From: Mobula hypostoma
Taxonomy: Eukaryota
Direction: 5' to 3'
Assembly (NCBI RefSeq): GCF_963921235.1
Contig: NC_086097.1
Location: 11,966,001 to 12,030,000 of the forward strand
Length of the DNA: 64,000 bases
In this document: positions 26,320-37,821 of the stretch, piece by piece
Position numbering within the stretch: the first letter of the stretch is position 1
Layout of the letters: each line of letters begins with the position of its first letter
The notes under the pieces: generated by a model
The model's input: only the letters and a program-made list of their open reading frames with translations
Told to the model about the DNA's origin: nothing
The model's database searches: none
Made by a program: the position numbers and the translations under genes

Positions 26320-26905
26320 TTGGCACCGCAGTAGCATAGCGGTTGGCGTGGTACTATCACAGCTCAGGGCGTTCCAGAGTTCAGATTTCAATTCCGATGC
26401 TGTTCTGTCAGGAGTCTTTGTATGTTCTCCCCGTTGAAAGTATGGGTTTTCTCTGAGTGCTCTGGTTTCTACCCAGAGTCCAAAGACATAATGCATAGGT
26501 TATTTTAAAAACGCAAACAAGAGGAATTCTGCAGATGCTGGAAACTCAAGCAACACCCATCAAAGTTGCTGGTGGACGCAGCGGGCCAGGCAGCATCTCT
26601 AGGAAGAGGACGATCTCCCCCCTCCCCCTCCCACTTTCAAATCTCTTACTAACTCTTCCTTCAGTTAGTCCTAACGAAGGGTCTCGGCCTGAAACGTTGA
26701 CTGTATCTCTTCCTAGAGATGCTGCCTGGCCTGCTGCGTTCACCAGCAACTTTGATGTGTGATACATAGGTTATTTGTTGATTGTAGATTGTTGTGTAAT
26801 TAGATTAGGGTTAATCAAGGTTGTGGGGGGGGGGGGTGGTTCCTGGGGTGCTGTAACTTAATGTGGAGGAAGGGCTTACTCCGTGCTCTATCACTAAATA
26901 AATAA
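26320..26905 (+). mobile_element. V-SINE (HE1-like) interrupted by a PLE insertion
   Basis: Head and V-domain 26320-26505; continuation and tail 26762-26905. Confidence 0.85.
26506..26761. mobile_element. Short PLE-derived insertion with inverted pLTR arms
   Basis: TSD at(g/a)cataggttattt (26491-26505 / 26762-26776); HHR at 26666-26703 with core mutation CTAACGA. Confidence 0.9.
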
Positions 26906-27169
26906 CATTTTTGTTCATTACTGGGAATACTTGGAGTTTAACTTCAGTTGGAATCAAATTCTGAAAGCAGCCATTATTGCTCTGAAGAAGATCTAAAATA
27001 ACAGGAATGACAGAAAATAAGTGTTTCTTGTAACACCCTCAACCAATTCACAATCATGTTACGATAGGACATTTCTTCGATGCTTTGTGATCCTCACCTC
27101 TTAGAAATTCATGTCAGAGAATGGTACTCATGCTCACTATTTGCAGCAAAACTCCAGAGTTTTTTGTTG

Positions 27170-28105
27170 AAGATATAACTGTAAACATTGTGACAATTCT
27201 TTCTTTAAAACCAAGGAGATGATTATTGACTTCAGGAGGAGGAAATAGGAGGTCTATAAGCTAATCCTCATTGGGGTATCAAGAGCTGAGAGGATCAGCA
27301 ACTTTAATTCCTCAGTGTTATCACTTCAGATGATTTATCCTGGGCCCAGCATGTAAGTGCCATTACAAAGACAGCACAGCAGTGCCTCTTTGTGTAGATT
27401 TGGTATGTCCTCTAAAACTTTGACAAATTTCTATTGATGTGTGGTACAGAGTATATTGATTGGTTGCATCACAGTTTGGTGTGGAAACATCAATGCCCTT
27501 GAATGGAAAAGCCTTCAAAAAGTAATGGATATGGTCTCGTCCATCACAGGTAAAGCATTGTCCACCACTGAGCACATCTACACAGAGCACTATTACAGGT
27601 AAGCAGTATCAATTATCAGGAACCCCCACATCCAAGTCATGCTCTCTTTTCATTGCTGCCATCAGGAAAGAGGTACATGAGCCTCAGGACTCAGACCACA
27701 AGGTTCAGAAACCGTTATTAACCCTCGAGTATCTTGAGGTTCTCGAACCGAAGTGGATAATTTCATTCAACTTCACTTGAACCATCACTGAATTGTTCCC
27801 ACAACCTATGGATTCACTTTCAAGGACTCTTCATCTCATGTTCTTTATATTTATGTATTTATTTATTTATAAATATGTTGATGATAACAATAATAAAAAT
27901 TCTTCTTATTATTATATTTTTCTCATTCTATTTGTATCTGCACAGTTTTTTTTTTGCACATTGGTCATTGTCTGTCCTGTTGGGTGAGATCTTTCAATGA
28001 ATCTATTGTGTTTGTTGTATTTACTGTGTATGCCCACAAGAAAATGAATCTCAGGGTGACATATACGTACTTTGATAGTAAGATTACTTTGACCTTTGAA
28101 CTTCA
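27170..28105 (+). mobile_element. Rex1/Babar-like LINE 3' part
   Basis: Degenerate KTKEMIIDFRR...GKRYMSLRTQTTRFRNRYYP; tttga(c/a)c tail. Confidence 0.85.
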
Positions 28106-28829
28106 AATCTTCTTGTCCATGTCAAATGTCCTCAGCCATTCTTTTCTGGGCCAAAATAATAAAACTCTACTTGGTAAGAAGTCTGTTCACTTCAAAAGTA
28201 AAAATAAGATAGCAAAATATAAAAGAAACATATTGTCATCATATATTATCATTCATCAGCAGGGATTTCTAGTTAGAATAGTCCTTAAGTTCAATTTCAG
28301 GCCCTGGCAAATGTCATTGAGTCCAGGTTGACATAACCGCCATCGCCTATTCATCAGAAATACCCAGAAGACTAAGAGAGACAACTAAATCTGAAGTTCC
28401 TTTCTCTAAGCTTTATCCAAGAGCCCTGATGGATAATTGAAGAGATGGTATTCCTAACTTCAAATGTTTTGACATCCTCCAGCATATTCTTTATTCAGTG
28501 AGGGGGTGAGTTGCGTTGATGTAAGCCTGGCTAACACTAACACTAGCTTTCATTTAGACCTTAAAATTACCGTGGATGTACCAGATACATTGGCCTTGCC
28601 ATCTAATTATTGCAATCAAAGTGCAATTGCTTTGCTTCCATTGATGATTTTGATCAGATATGTGAATTACTAATTAGGAATTTTATTTGACCCTGTCAAG
28701 ACATGCCCCATCAGTGCTAGATACAGCATTAAAATATGAACAGTTGATAGCTTCATGCTAATTGTTTTTGATTTACTCAGTGAACATTCCCATCACTGAC
28801 AGGACTGATATTTATTGATCATAGAGTCA

Positions 28830-29370
28830 GAGTCATAGAAAAGCACAGCACAGATACAGCCCCTCAACCCATGTACTCCATCCTGAACTATTGACCGGTA
28901 CCAGGACCTAGCCCTCTCTGTACACCTACCATCTATGTACCTATCCAAACTTCTCTTAAATTTTGAAATAAAGCTTGCATGCACCACTTACACTGGTAGC
29001 TCTTTCCACACTCTCACCACCCGCTGAATGAAGAAGTTTCCTCTCATGTTCCCCTTAAACTTTTCACCTTTCACCCTTAACCCATGACCTCTAGTTGTAG
29101 TCCCAACCAACCTCAATGGAAATACCTGCTTGCATTTTCCCGATCTATACCCCTCATAATTTTATATACTCCTATCAAATCTCCCCTCAATCTTCAATGT
29201 TCCAAGGAATAAAGTCAACCTAGTCAATCTTTCCTTATAACTCAGGTCCTCCAGATCCAGCAACATCCTTGCAAATTTTCTCTGTACTCTTTCAAACTTA
29301 TTTACATCTACCTTTCCTGTAGGTAGGTGACCCATCTCCTGTACTCAATATGTTGATTAATGAATGCCAA
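28830..29370 (-). mobile_element. CR1 3' fragment
   Basis: Similar to 45540-46020. Confidence 0.8.
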
Positions 29371-29580
29371 AATTCTCCTTAATTGCCTTGAATTGTTCAG
29401 TCATTTAAAACCATTATATATAGGAGCAGAGTTAGGCCACTCGAGCCATCAAGTCTGCTCTACTATTCCATCATGGCTGATTTGTTATCCCCCTCAACCC
29501 CATTCTCCTGCCTTCTCCCCATAACCTTTGACACCCTTACTAAACTAGAACCAATCAACCTCCGCTTTAAACGTACTAAT

Positions 29581-29880
29581 GGGTGTCATGGAATTGTAGT
29601 GGTTACCGTTACGCTATTACAGCTCAGGGTGTTCTGGAGTTAAATTCTGGTGTGGTCCGTATGGAATTTGTACATTCTCCTCATGAACTGCGTGGGTATC
29701 CTCCAGGTGCACTGGTTTCCTCCCACAGTCCAAAGACATGCCAGTTAGTAGGTTAATTGATCTTTGTCACTTGTCCTGTGATTAGGCTAGGGTTAAGTAA
29801 GTGGGTTGTCAGTATGCTGGTCGTAGGATTAGAAGGGCCTGTTCCATTCTGTATCTCTAAATAACTAACTAAATAAATAA
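29581..29880 (+). mobile_element. V-SINE (HE1-like)
   Basis: tRNA head, V-domain, tail ctgtatctctaaataa. Confidence 0.85.
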
Positions 29881-30204
29881 TCACGTTACCTTGACTTAGG
29901 ATAAAAGATTGTGGTGAGAGATAGGTCAGCTTTGAGGGAAGGGCCAGTTTTGATCAAAATAGCTTTTAAGCCTTGGTTAAAGATTTGTGCAATTTCTTTT
30001 GGAAAACATAATTAAGATTTCAAACTGTTATGTTGACTCAACTGCATGCAGCAGTGAAATGAGTGAGAAGCACTTTATGCTTAATAGTTCATAGAACATA
30101 GAATGTTCCAGTGCAGTACAGGACATTCAGCCCATGACGATGTGCTGATCTTTAAACCTACTCTAAAATCAATCCAACCCTTCCTTCCCATGTAAGCCTC
30201 CATA

Positions 30205-30685
30205 GGAGGTTCACAAAAATTATTCCGGGATTGAAAGGCTTATCGTATGAGGAGAGTTTGATGGCTCTGAGCCTGTACTCACTGGAATTCAGAAGAATGA
30301 TATGGGACCTCACTGAAACTTATCGAATGCTGAAAGGCCTCTATAAAGTGGATGTAGAGAGGATGCTTCCTATAGCGGGGGAAACTAAGACTGGAGGACA
30401 CAGCCTCAGAACAGAGGGCTGTCCATTTAGAACAGATTTGAGGAAGAATTTCTTTAGCCACGGAGTGGTGAATTTGTGGAATTCATTGTCACAGGCAGTT
30501 GTAAAGAACAAGTCATTTGGAATATTTAAAATAGATTCTTTATAGTCAGGGCATGAAAGGACATGGAGGTAAGGCAGAAAATTGGGGCTGAGAGGGAAAA
30601 TGGATCAGCCATGATGAAATGGTAAAGCAGACTCGATGGGCCAAATGACCCAATTCTGCTCCTATATCTTATGATCTTATCTTAT
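30205..30685 (+). mobile_element. CR1 3' fragment
   Basis: ORF 30231-30545 KGLSYEESLMALSLYSLEFRR...VVNLWNSL; (tcttatg) tail. Confidence 0.9.
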
Positions 30686-32091
30686 GATTATTTTTCTGTC
30701 ATTCATGTACCTATCTACGAGTCTCTTAAATACCCCTAATGTATCTGCCTTTACCACCAGCCTGTCAGCACATTCCATACACCCCCCATTCACTGCTGAC
30801 GTTCGATAAATGTATAATTTAAAAATCATTTATGTTCGTGACTCTACTGAAAGTATTTAATATTTAGCTGAAGGCATTAATTGACAATGTCTAAACACTA
30901 GTCATGATAAATTCCTCTCTGCAAACGTCACTATCTCCCATTACATTTCAGAATCAAAAAATCTATGCATTGCAATAAGAAAATTGAATTATATATAAAA
31001 TCAAATTAAATAGATAGTGCAAAAAAAGAGCAAAAAAAAAAGAAAAGCTGTAGTGAGGTACTGAGTAGCGATGATGGCAATGAGAAGAGGGCACGTCCTC
31101 TGTGATGGGGGTCCTCAAGGATGGGTGCCCCCTTTTTGAGGCATTGCCTTTTGAAGATGTCAATGCTGTGGAGGCTCGTGCCCATGATGGAGCTGGATGA
31201 GTTTGCAACTTTCTGCATTATGTTGCAATATACAGCATAATCAGAAAAACTATAAATTCCAGTAAGTGCATACTAAAAAATAAATTAAATAAGCCATCAA
31301 AAAAGAGAGGTGGAAGGTAGTGAGATAGTGATCATAGATTCGTTGTCCATTTGGAAATCTAATGCCAGTGGGGAAAATGCTGTTCCTGAAATGCTAAGTG
31401 TGTGTCTTCAGGCTCCTGTACCTCACCCCTGACAGTAGCAGTGAGAAAAGTGTACTTCTTCGTTACATGAGTCTGCAGATGCCGTACTGAAGACACAGAA
31501 GAAGGGAAACTGTGCAAACATCAAGTTTTTCTGCTGTACATGGCATCAACTTTGATCAAAAATAAGTTGAATACTTGGAACAGGAACACGAATGTTTTTG
31601 GAAAGTGTGATTGAATTGCAATGCAATCTTGTGTGCTGAATCATGTTGAATTAACCCCAGTCATTCATACACCCCTCAGTTTGGCAGCACACTACATAAG
31701 TGTCTATCATTGCTTAATTAAAAACATATGCATGCATTTAAAACTTCACCTGCAGGTTTCAACACAGAGACAGATGATTTCCCACCTAAAGCATCAGAAG
31801 ATATTTTATATTATTTCTTTTTTTTTTGAGTGCTTCTTTCTTGGCTGGGGGAACAAGCAGTAAGCAGATGTCCAGGTCACTGCCAATGTAAGCTCGTAAC
31901 TAGCCAATATGGGCTGTGTAATGCTGGCTTGCATCAACACATTGCATCCCCCTGATAGCCCGGTTGAGATTAGTGACTCGATATGTTGGAAGTGGTAGAC
32001 ATTTAATGCAATCTATTGCTTCATTTTATTCTGAAACAGCACACCTTAGCACCTTTTTTTTAAATTTCCGAAGCTGTAACACAGCACAGCA

Positions 32092-32654
32092 TATGTGGAC
32101 CCAACATATTGATGCAGCCATAAAGAAGGCACATCAGTGGCTATATTTCATTAGGAGTTTGAGGAGATTTGGAATATGATTAAAAACATTCACAAATTTC
32201 GTACTGGCTGAATCACTGTCTGGTAATGGGGGGAGGGGGGTGGTCTGGTGGAGGCTACTAAGCAGGATCAACATAAGTTGCAGAAAATTGTAAACTCAGT
32301 CAGCTCCATCATGGGCACAGACTCCACAACACCCAGGATATCCTCAAAAATGCGGCATCCATCATTAAGGACACCAATCACCCAGGACATGCCCTTTTCT
32401 CATTGCTACCATCAGGATGGAGGTAAAAGAGCCTGAAGGTAGACACTGAACGACTCAGGAACAGCTTCTTCCACTCTGCCATCCGATTTCTGAATGAACA
32501 TTGAATACATGAGCACTACCTCACTACTTTTTTATGCCCTTTTTTTTGCACTACTAATTTAATGTAACTACATCTATATTTACTGTAATTCAGCTTTTTT
32601 TCTCTTCATTATCATGTGTTTCATTGTTGCTGCAAAGTTAACAAATTTTATGAC
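32092..32654 (+). mobile_element. Rex1/Babar-like 3' part; its tail continues at 34264-34292 beyond the Tc1
   Basis: WTQHIDAAIKKAHQWLYFIRSLRRFG. Confidence 0.8.
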
Positions 32655-32656
32655 TA

Positions 32657-34261
32657 CAGTGCCTATGAAAAGTTTTTATCCCCCCTTGGAAGTTTTCATG
32701 TTTTATTGTTTTAGGACATAACAGTGGATTTGATTTGGCTTTTTTGACACTGATCAACAGAAAAAAGACTCTTAAGTGTCAAAGTGAAAACAGATCTCTA
32801 CAAAGTGACCTAAATTAATTACAAATATAAAACTCAAAATAATTGATTGCGCAAGTATTCACCCCCTTTAATACGACACACCAAATCATCACTGGTGCAG
32901 CCAATTGGTTTTAGAAGTCACATAATTAGTTCAATGAAGATCTGTTTTTGGAGACCTATGTGCAGTCAAGGTGTTTCAACTGATTGTAGTAAAAATACAC
33001 CTGTATCTGGAAGGTCCTACTGCTGGTGAGTCAGTAACCTGGCAAAAACTACACCATGAAGATAAAAGAACACTCCAAGCAACTCCACAAGAAGTTTATT
33101 GAAAAACACTAAGTCAGGAGATGAATACAAGAACATTTCCAAATCGCGGAATATCCCTTGCATTACAGTTAAGTCAATCACCAAGAAATGGAAAGAATAT
33201 GGCACAGCTGTAAGTCTGCCTGGAGTGGGCTGTCCTCAAAAACTGAGTCACTATACAAAAAGTGGACAAGCGAACGAGGCCACCAAGAGACCTATGACAA
33301 CTCTGGAGGAGTTGCAAGCTGAGATGAGAGAGACTGAACGTACAACAACTGTTATCCCTGGTGCTTCACCAGTCACAGCTTCATGGGAGTGTGACTAAGA
33401 GAAAAACACTATTGAATAAAACTCACATGAAATCTTGGCTAGAATTTGCCGGGAGGTATGTGGGAGACTCTGAAGTCAGCTGGAAGAAGGTTGTATGGTC
33501 TGATGAAACCAAAATTGAGCTTTTTGCCCATCAGACTAAATGCACCGCACATCATCAAAAACACACCATCCCTACCATGAAGCACGGTGGTGGCTGCATC
33601 ATGCTGTGGGGATGCTTCACTGCAGTAGGCCCTGGAAGGCTTGTGAAGGTAGAAGGTAAATTGAATGCAACAAAGTACAGAGAAGTCCTGGAGGAAAATG
33701 ATGCAGTCTGCAAGAGAACTGTGACTTAGGAGAAGATTTGTTTTCCAGCAAGCCAATGACTCCAAGCATAAGGCCAAAGCTACTCAGGAATGGCTTAAAA
33801 ACAACTAAGTTAATATCCTGGAGTGGCCAGATCAGAATCCAGACCTCAATCCAATTGAAAATTTGTAGCTGGATTTGAAAAGGGCTGTTCACCCATGATC
33901 CCCATGCAACCTGACAGAGCTTGAGCAGTTTTCTAAAGAAGAATGGGGAAACATTACAGTGTCCAAGTGTGCAACACTGACAGAAACCTATCCGCACAGA
34001 CTCTAGGCTGTAAGTGTTGCCAAAAGTGCATCTACTAAATACTGACTTGAAGGGAGTGAATGCTTATGCAATCAATGATTTTGTGTTTTATATTTGTAAT
34101 TAATTTAGACCAATTCGTAGAGATCTGTTTTCACTTTGACACGAAAGAGTCTTTTTGTATTGATCAGTGTCAAAAAGCCAAATTAAATCCCCATGACTCA
34201 ATGTTATAAAACAATAAAACATGAAAACTTCCAAGGGGGTGAATACTTTTCATTGGCACGG
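32657..34261 (+). mobile_element. Full-length Tc1 DNA transposon (IR/DR type), defective
   Basis: TA-CAGTGCC...GGCACGG-TA; ~220-bp TIRs with inner repeats (~32853, ~34050); 1605 bp. Confidence 0.95.
33056..34045 (+). pseudogene. Tc1 DDE transposase with stops and frameshifts
   Basis: MKIKEHS..., WKKVVWSDETKIELF, KHGGGCIMLWGCF, WPDQNPDLNPIENL, ...ASTKY*. Confidence 0.92.
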
Positions 34262-34939
34262 TATGGCGGTGATATTAAATCTGATTCAGATTACCACAAG
34301 AGTTTAAAAGTAGGATACATCAGAGTGGACTGGGTTTTCATTTGATTATGTCATCATCATGTGCATGCAATGAGTGGTGAGCTCCCCTTACCTTTTATGG
34401 TCATATTAATTTAATCAGTATAGGTGAAAAAGTTAGGGTTTTTATTTCTTTCCGCACTGTCACACCAACCCCTATGAGTACACAAAGAAAAAGGGATCTT
34501 CAGAATGCATTTTATGAAATATGACTGAAAGCAGACAGAGCTGCTTACAGTGACAGTCCAATTACAATGCCTATCAAACTTAACTTCACCGCTTATAGAC
34601 TCTAATTGCCTGACAAAAATTGACAGTTCAGTTGCAACAGTGTAATATAATTGGAGGTCAAATTAAATTTGATCAGTGCAAGGGAGATGCTATCATTTAC
34701 CAGTTCTAGCACTGTAGTATGACTCATCTGCCACCCTATCACACATCTGCAAATGAAAATTAATCATTAATCTAGTTGATTCCCTCATAATAGAAACGAC
34801 ACATTTAGGTATCTTTTAATAAACAGTAATAATGAAATCGCTGATGTGTTTTACACGATATACAGGCTATCTTGCATATATTAAAAAAGGCAATATATGG
34901 CTGATTTGATTCCTCTCTCTCTCTCTCTTCCTTTGTCAG

Positions 34940-34948
34940 CTTATCAAA
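34940..34948 (+). CDS. Candidate 9-nt microexon of an unidentified host gene (CTTATCAAA)
   Basis: Branch-like CTGAT, ~26-nt (TC)-rich tract, tgtcAG | CTTATCAAA | GTAAGA; frame-preserving; TGCATG ~100 nt downstream; unique-sequence context. Confidence 0.55.
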
Positions 34949-35345
34949 GTAAGAGATGTCAGTTCAAAAGAATAGAAGCAATCTCCCCATGTTTGTGCAT
35001 CTAGCGACAACATGGATCACTGTGCAAGATCAGAATGGCCAAGGCCATATGCATGGCCTGACAACACATTGCATTCTTCACCCAAAAGTGTGACACCACA
35101 TCAACTAATCGTGTGCCTCCATACCAGGCGATGATGTCACTGATCAGAATGCTCTCCGTGGTACATTATTAGAAATATTTCAACTGGAGATAGATAACTA
35201 TTTGTGGGGTTATATGGAACTGACACAGAAGAGGAGTTGAAATGCGTGTAGATCAGCCATGAATTGCTGGAAACATTCAATAGATTATGTAGCGCCTATG
35301 GAGAGACAAACACTTAATATTTTAAGGCGAAGTCCCTTCATCAGA

Positions 35346-36457
35346 ATCACAAACACAAGAAAGTCTGCAGATGCTGGAAATCCAGAGCAACACACACAAG
35401 GTGCTGGAGGAACTCAGCAGGTCAGGCAGCATCTATGGTAAAGAGTCGACGTTTTGATCCGAGATCCTTCATCAGTACTGGAAAGGAAGAGGGAAGAATC
35501 TAGAACAAGAAGGTTGAGGGGAGGGGAGGAAGAAGTACAAGGTGGTTCCAGCAGTCCCGGTGTAGCCTCCTGTATATCAGTGAGACCTGACGTAGATTGG
35601 GAGATCTCTTCGTCAAGCACCTTTGCTCCGTCTGCCACAAAGAGTGGGAATTCCTGATGACCACCCATTTCAATTCTACATCCAATTCACATTTTGACAT
35701 GTCAGTGCACTGCCTCCTCTACTGCTAGGATGAGGCCACACTCAGTTAGAGGAGTAAAACCTTATAATTCCTCTGAGTAGCCTCCAACCTGATGGTATGA
35801 ACATCACTTTCTCGAACTTCTGGTAATTGCAACAACCCCGCTCTCTTTCACCATTCCCCATTTCTGATTTGTTCTCTTACCTTATCTCCTTCCTGCCCTC
35901 CTCCTCTCTCTGATGCTCCTCCCCCTTCCCTTTCTTCCGTGGTCTTATAACCATATAACAATTACAGCACGGAAACAGGCCATCTCAGCCCTTCTTGTCC
36001 ATGCCGAACTCTTATTCTCACCTAGTCCCACCGACCTACACTCGCCCCATAACCCTCCATTCCTTTCCTGTCCATATATCTATCCAATTTAACTTTAAAC
36101 GACAACATCGAACGTGCCTCAACCAGTTCTGCTGGAAGCTCATCTTCTGTCCTCTCCTTTCAGATTTCCCCTTCTCCAGCCATTTACATTGTTTCTTTCA
36201 CCAATCAACTTCCCAGCTCTTTACTTCATCCCCTCCACCTCTCCCGGTTTTAACTATCACTTGCCATCTTGTACTTCTTCCTCCCCTCCCCTGACCTACT
36301 TACTCTGACTTTTCCCCTTCCTTTCCAGTCCTGATGAAGGGTCTCAGACTGAAATATCGACTGTTTACTCTTTTCCATAGATGCTACCTGACCTGCTGAG
36401 TTCCTCCAGCATTTTCTGTGTGTTGCTAGGATTTCAAACATCTGCAGATTTTCTTGT
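35346..36457 (+). mobile_element. 5'-truncated Penelope-like element with inverted pLTR at its 5' end
   Basis: Inverted pLTR 35346-35545; GIY-YIG C-terminal half (LLYISET*RRLGD...THFNST...SLQPDGMNITFSNF*) 35552-35826; direct pLTR to 36457 with HHR-like 36326-36363; CR1 tail nested at ~35945-36140. Confidence 0.9.
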
Positions 36458-36904
36458 CAATGAACTACTATTTTTCACCCAAAAGAGTGACACCACACCA
36501 ACTAATCAGCTGCCAGAGTAAAATGTTAATCGATCATTTACTTTCATTGCACTTAGCCTGCAGAATGTTGCCATAGTTCACTGGCAACATCCTAGATATC
36601 CCCTTGGCTCTTCATCTCATGTTCTCGATATTCATTGCTGATTTAGTTTCATCATCGTCAAGGGCCCTCACCACCCAAGCCTTGCTCTCTTCTTGCTACT
36701 GCCATCAGGAAGGAGGCACAGGAGCCTCAGGTCCCACACCACCAGGTTCAGGAACAGGTATTACCCTATGAATATCAGGCTCTTGAACCTGTGTGGATAA
36801 CTTCACTCACGTCAACACCAAACTTATTTTACAACCTAAAGACTCACTTTCAAAGTCTCAACAACTCTTACTTCCAATTTTACTTATTTACTCGTTGTTC
36901 ATTT

Positions 36905-37637
36905 TTTCTCTGCTCAAGCTGGTAAAACCTGAGGTACGGGCATAGCCAAACACGTTCATTTGTCAATTGTTAGGAACTTTCGAACTATTCTAGTGTTTAG
37001 TATTGTGGCTTTCTGAAGGTTTACATAGATATTGCTGTGTTTATGCTATTGTGTAATGACTTTAAGATTACATCAGTTGCAGATATTACTATCTGGCCAA
37101 TGTATACCCCGCTCATTTTGCAAAGTTTTTCATTTTCCTCTTTTAATTCAGCATATTTCTGGTGTTTTTCACTTACTAATTTCTGTACGTTATGCGTGTT
37201 TGGAATGGCTTATATCTATAATGTAAGTTGTTCTTACTTTTTTATCTTGTAATACTATATCTGGAATGGGTTGTTATGAATTGTCCTGTCTGTAATAATG
37301 TATCGGTTGCAATATAATGTGTGGTATTCTGAGTGTAAAACTGAATCAGGCTTGTATTTATAGTATAGTATGGTGTACTTTTTGAGTTTGTATTTTAAAA
37401 CAAGATTTTGGTGAATGATGGTTGCCACTTGAGTTTGCCTGTGTAAGTAATCAGATTCAGTTAAACTTCTGCAGGATCCTGTAACCTGTTGCATTGATTT
37501 TGGTTTCCCTTGGCATTTTCCACATTTACCGTTTTGAATTTGTTGGTCTTTTATTATGTATTTTTGATCATTTTTTGTGCTAACCACCTGGTCCTGCATT
37601 GCCACAAGGAACTCTTCTATTTCTGTGAAGAGGTCTT
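36905..37637 (-). mobile_element. R4/Dong-clade fragment, second copy
   Basis: ORF 37255-37605 QDQVVSTKN...KCGKCQGKP...DYLHRQTQVATIIHQ; 3' end matches 14720-14800. Confidence 0.85.
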
Positions 37638-37821
37638 CTTCTTATTAATATTGTTATTTCTTTTTTTTTAACTTCATTTTGTATTTGTACAATTCATTGT
37701 ATTTACACACTAGTTGTCCACACTGCGGTGTGATCTTTCATTGATTCTACTATGGTTATTTGATTTATTGAGTATGTCTGTAAGAAAATGAATCTTATGG
37801 TTGTATATGATAATAAGTTTA

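Noticed and set aside
34940..34960. Assigning the microexon to VTI1A (neural insert LIKLREE; here LIK/LIKVRD)
   Set aside because: Only three residues match and no flanking VTI1A exon was found in the window, so no gene symbol is given
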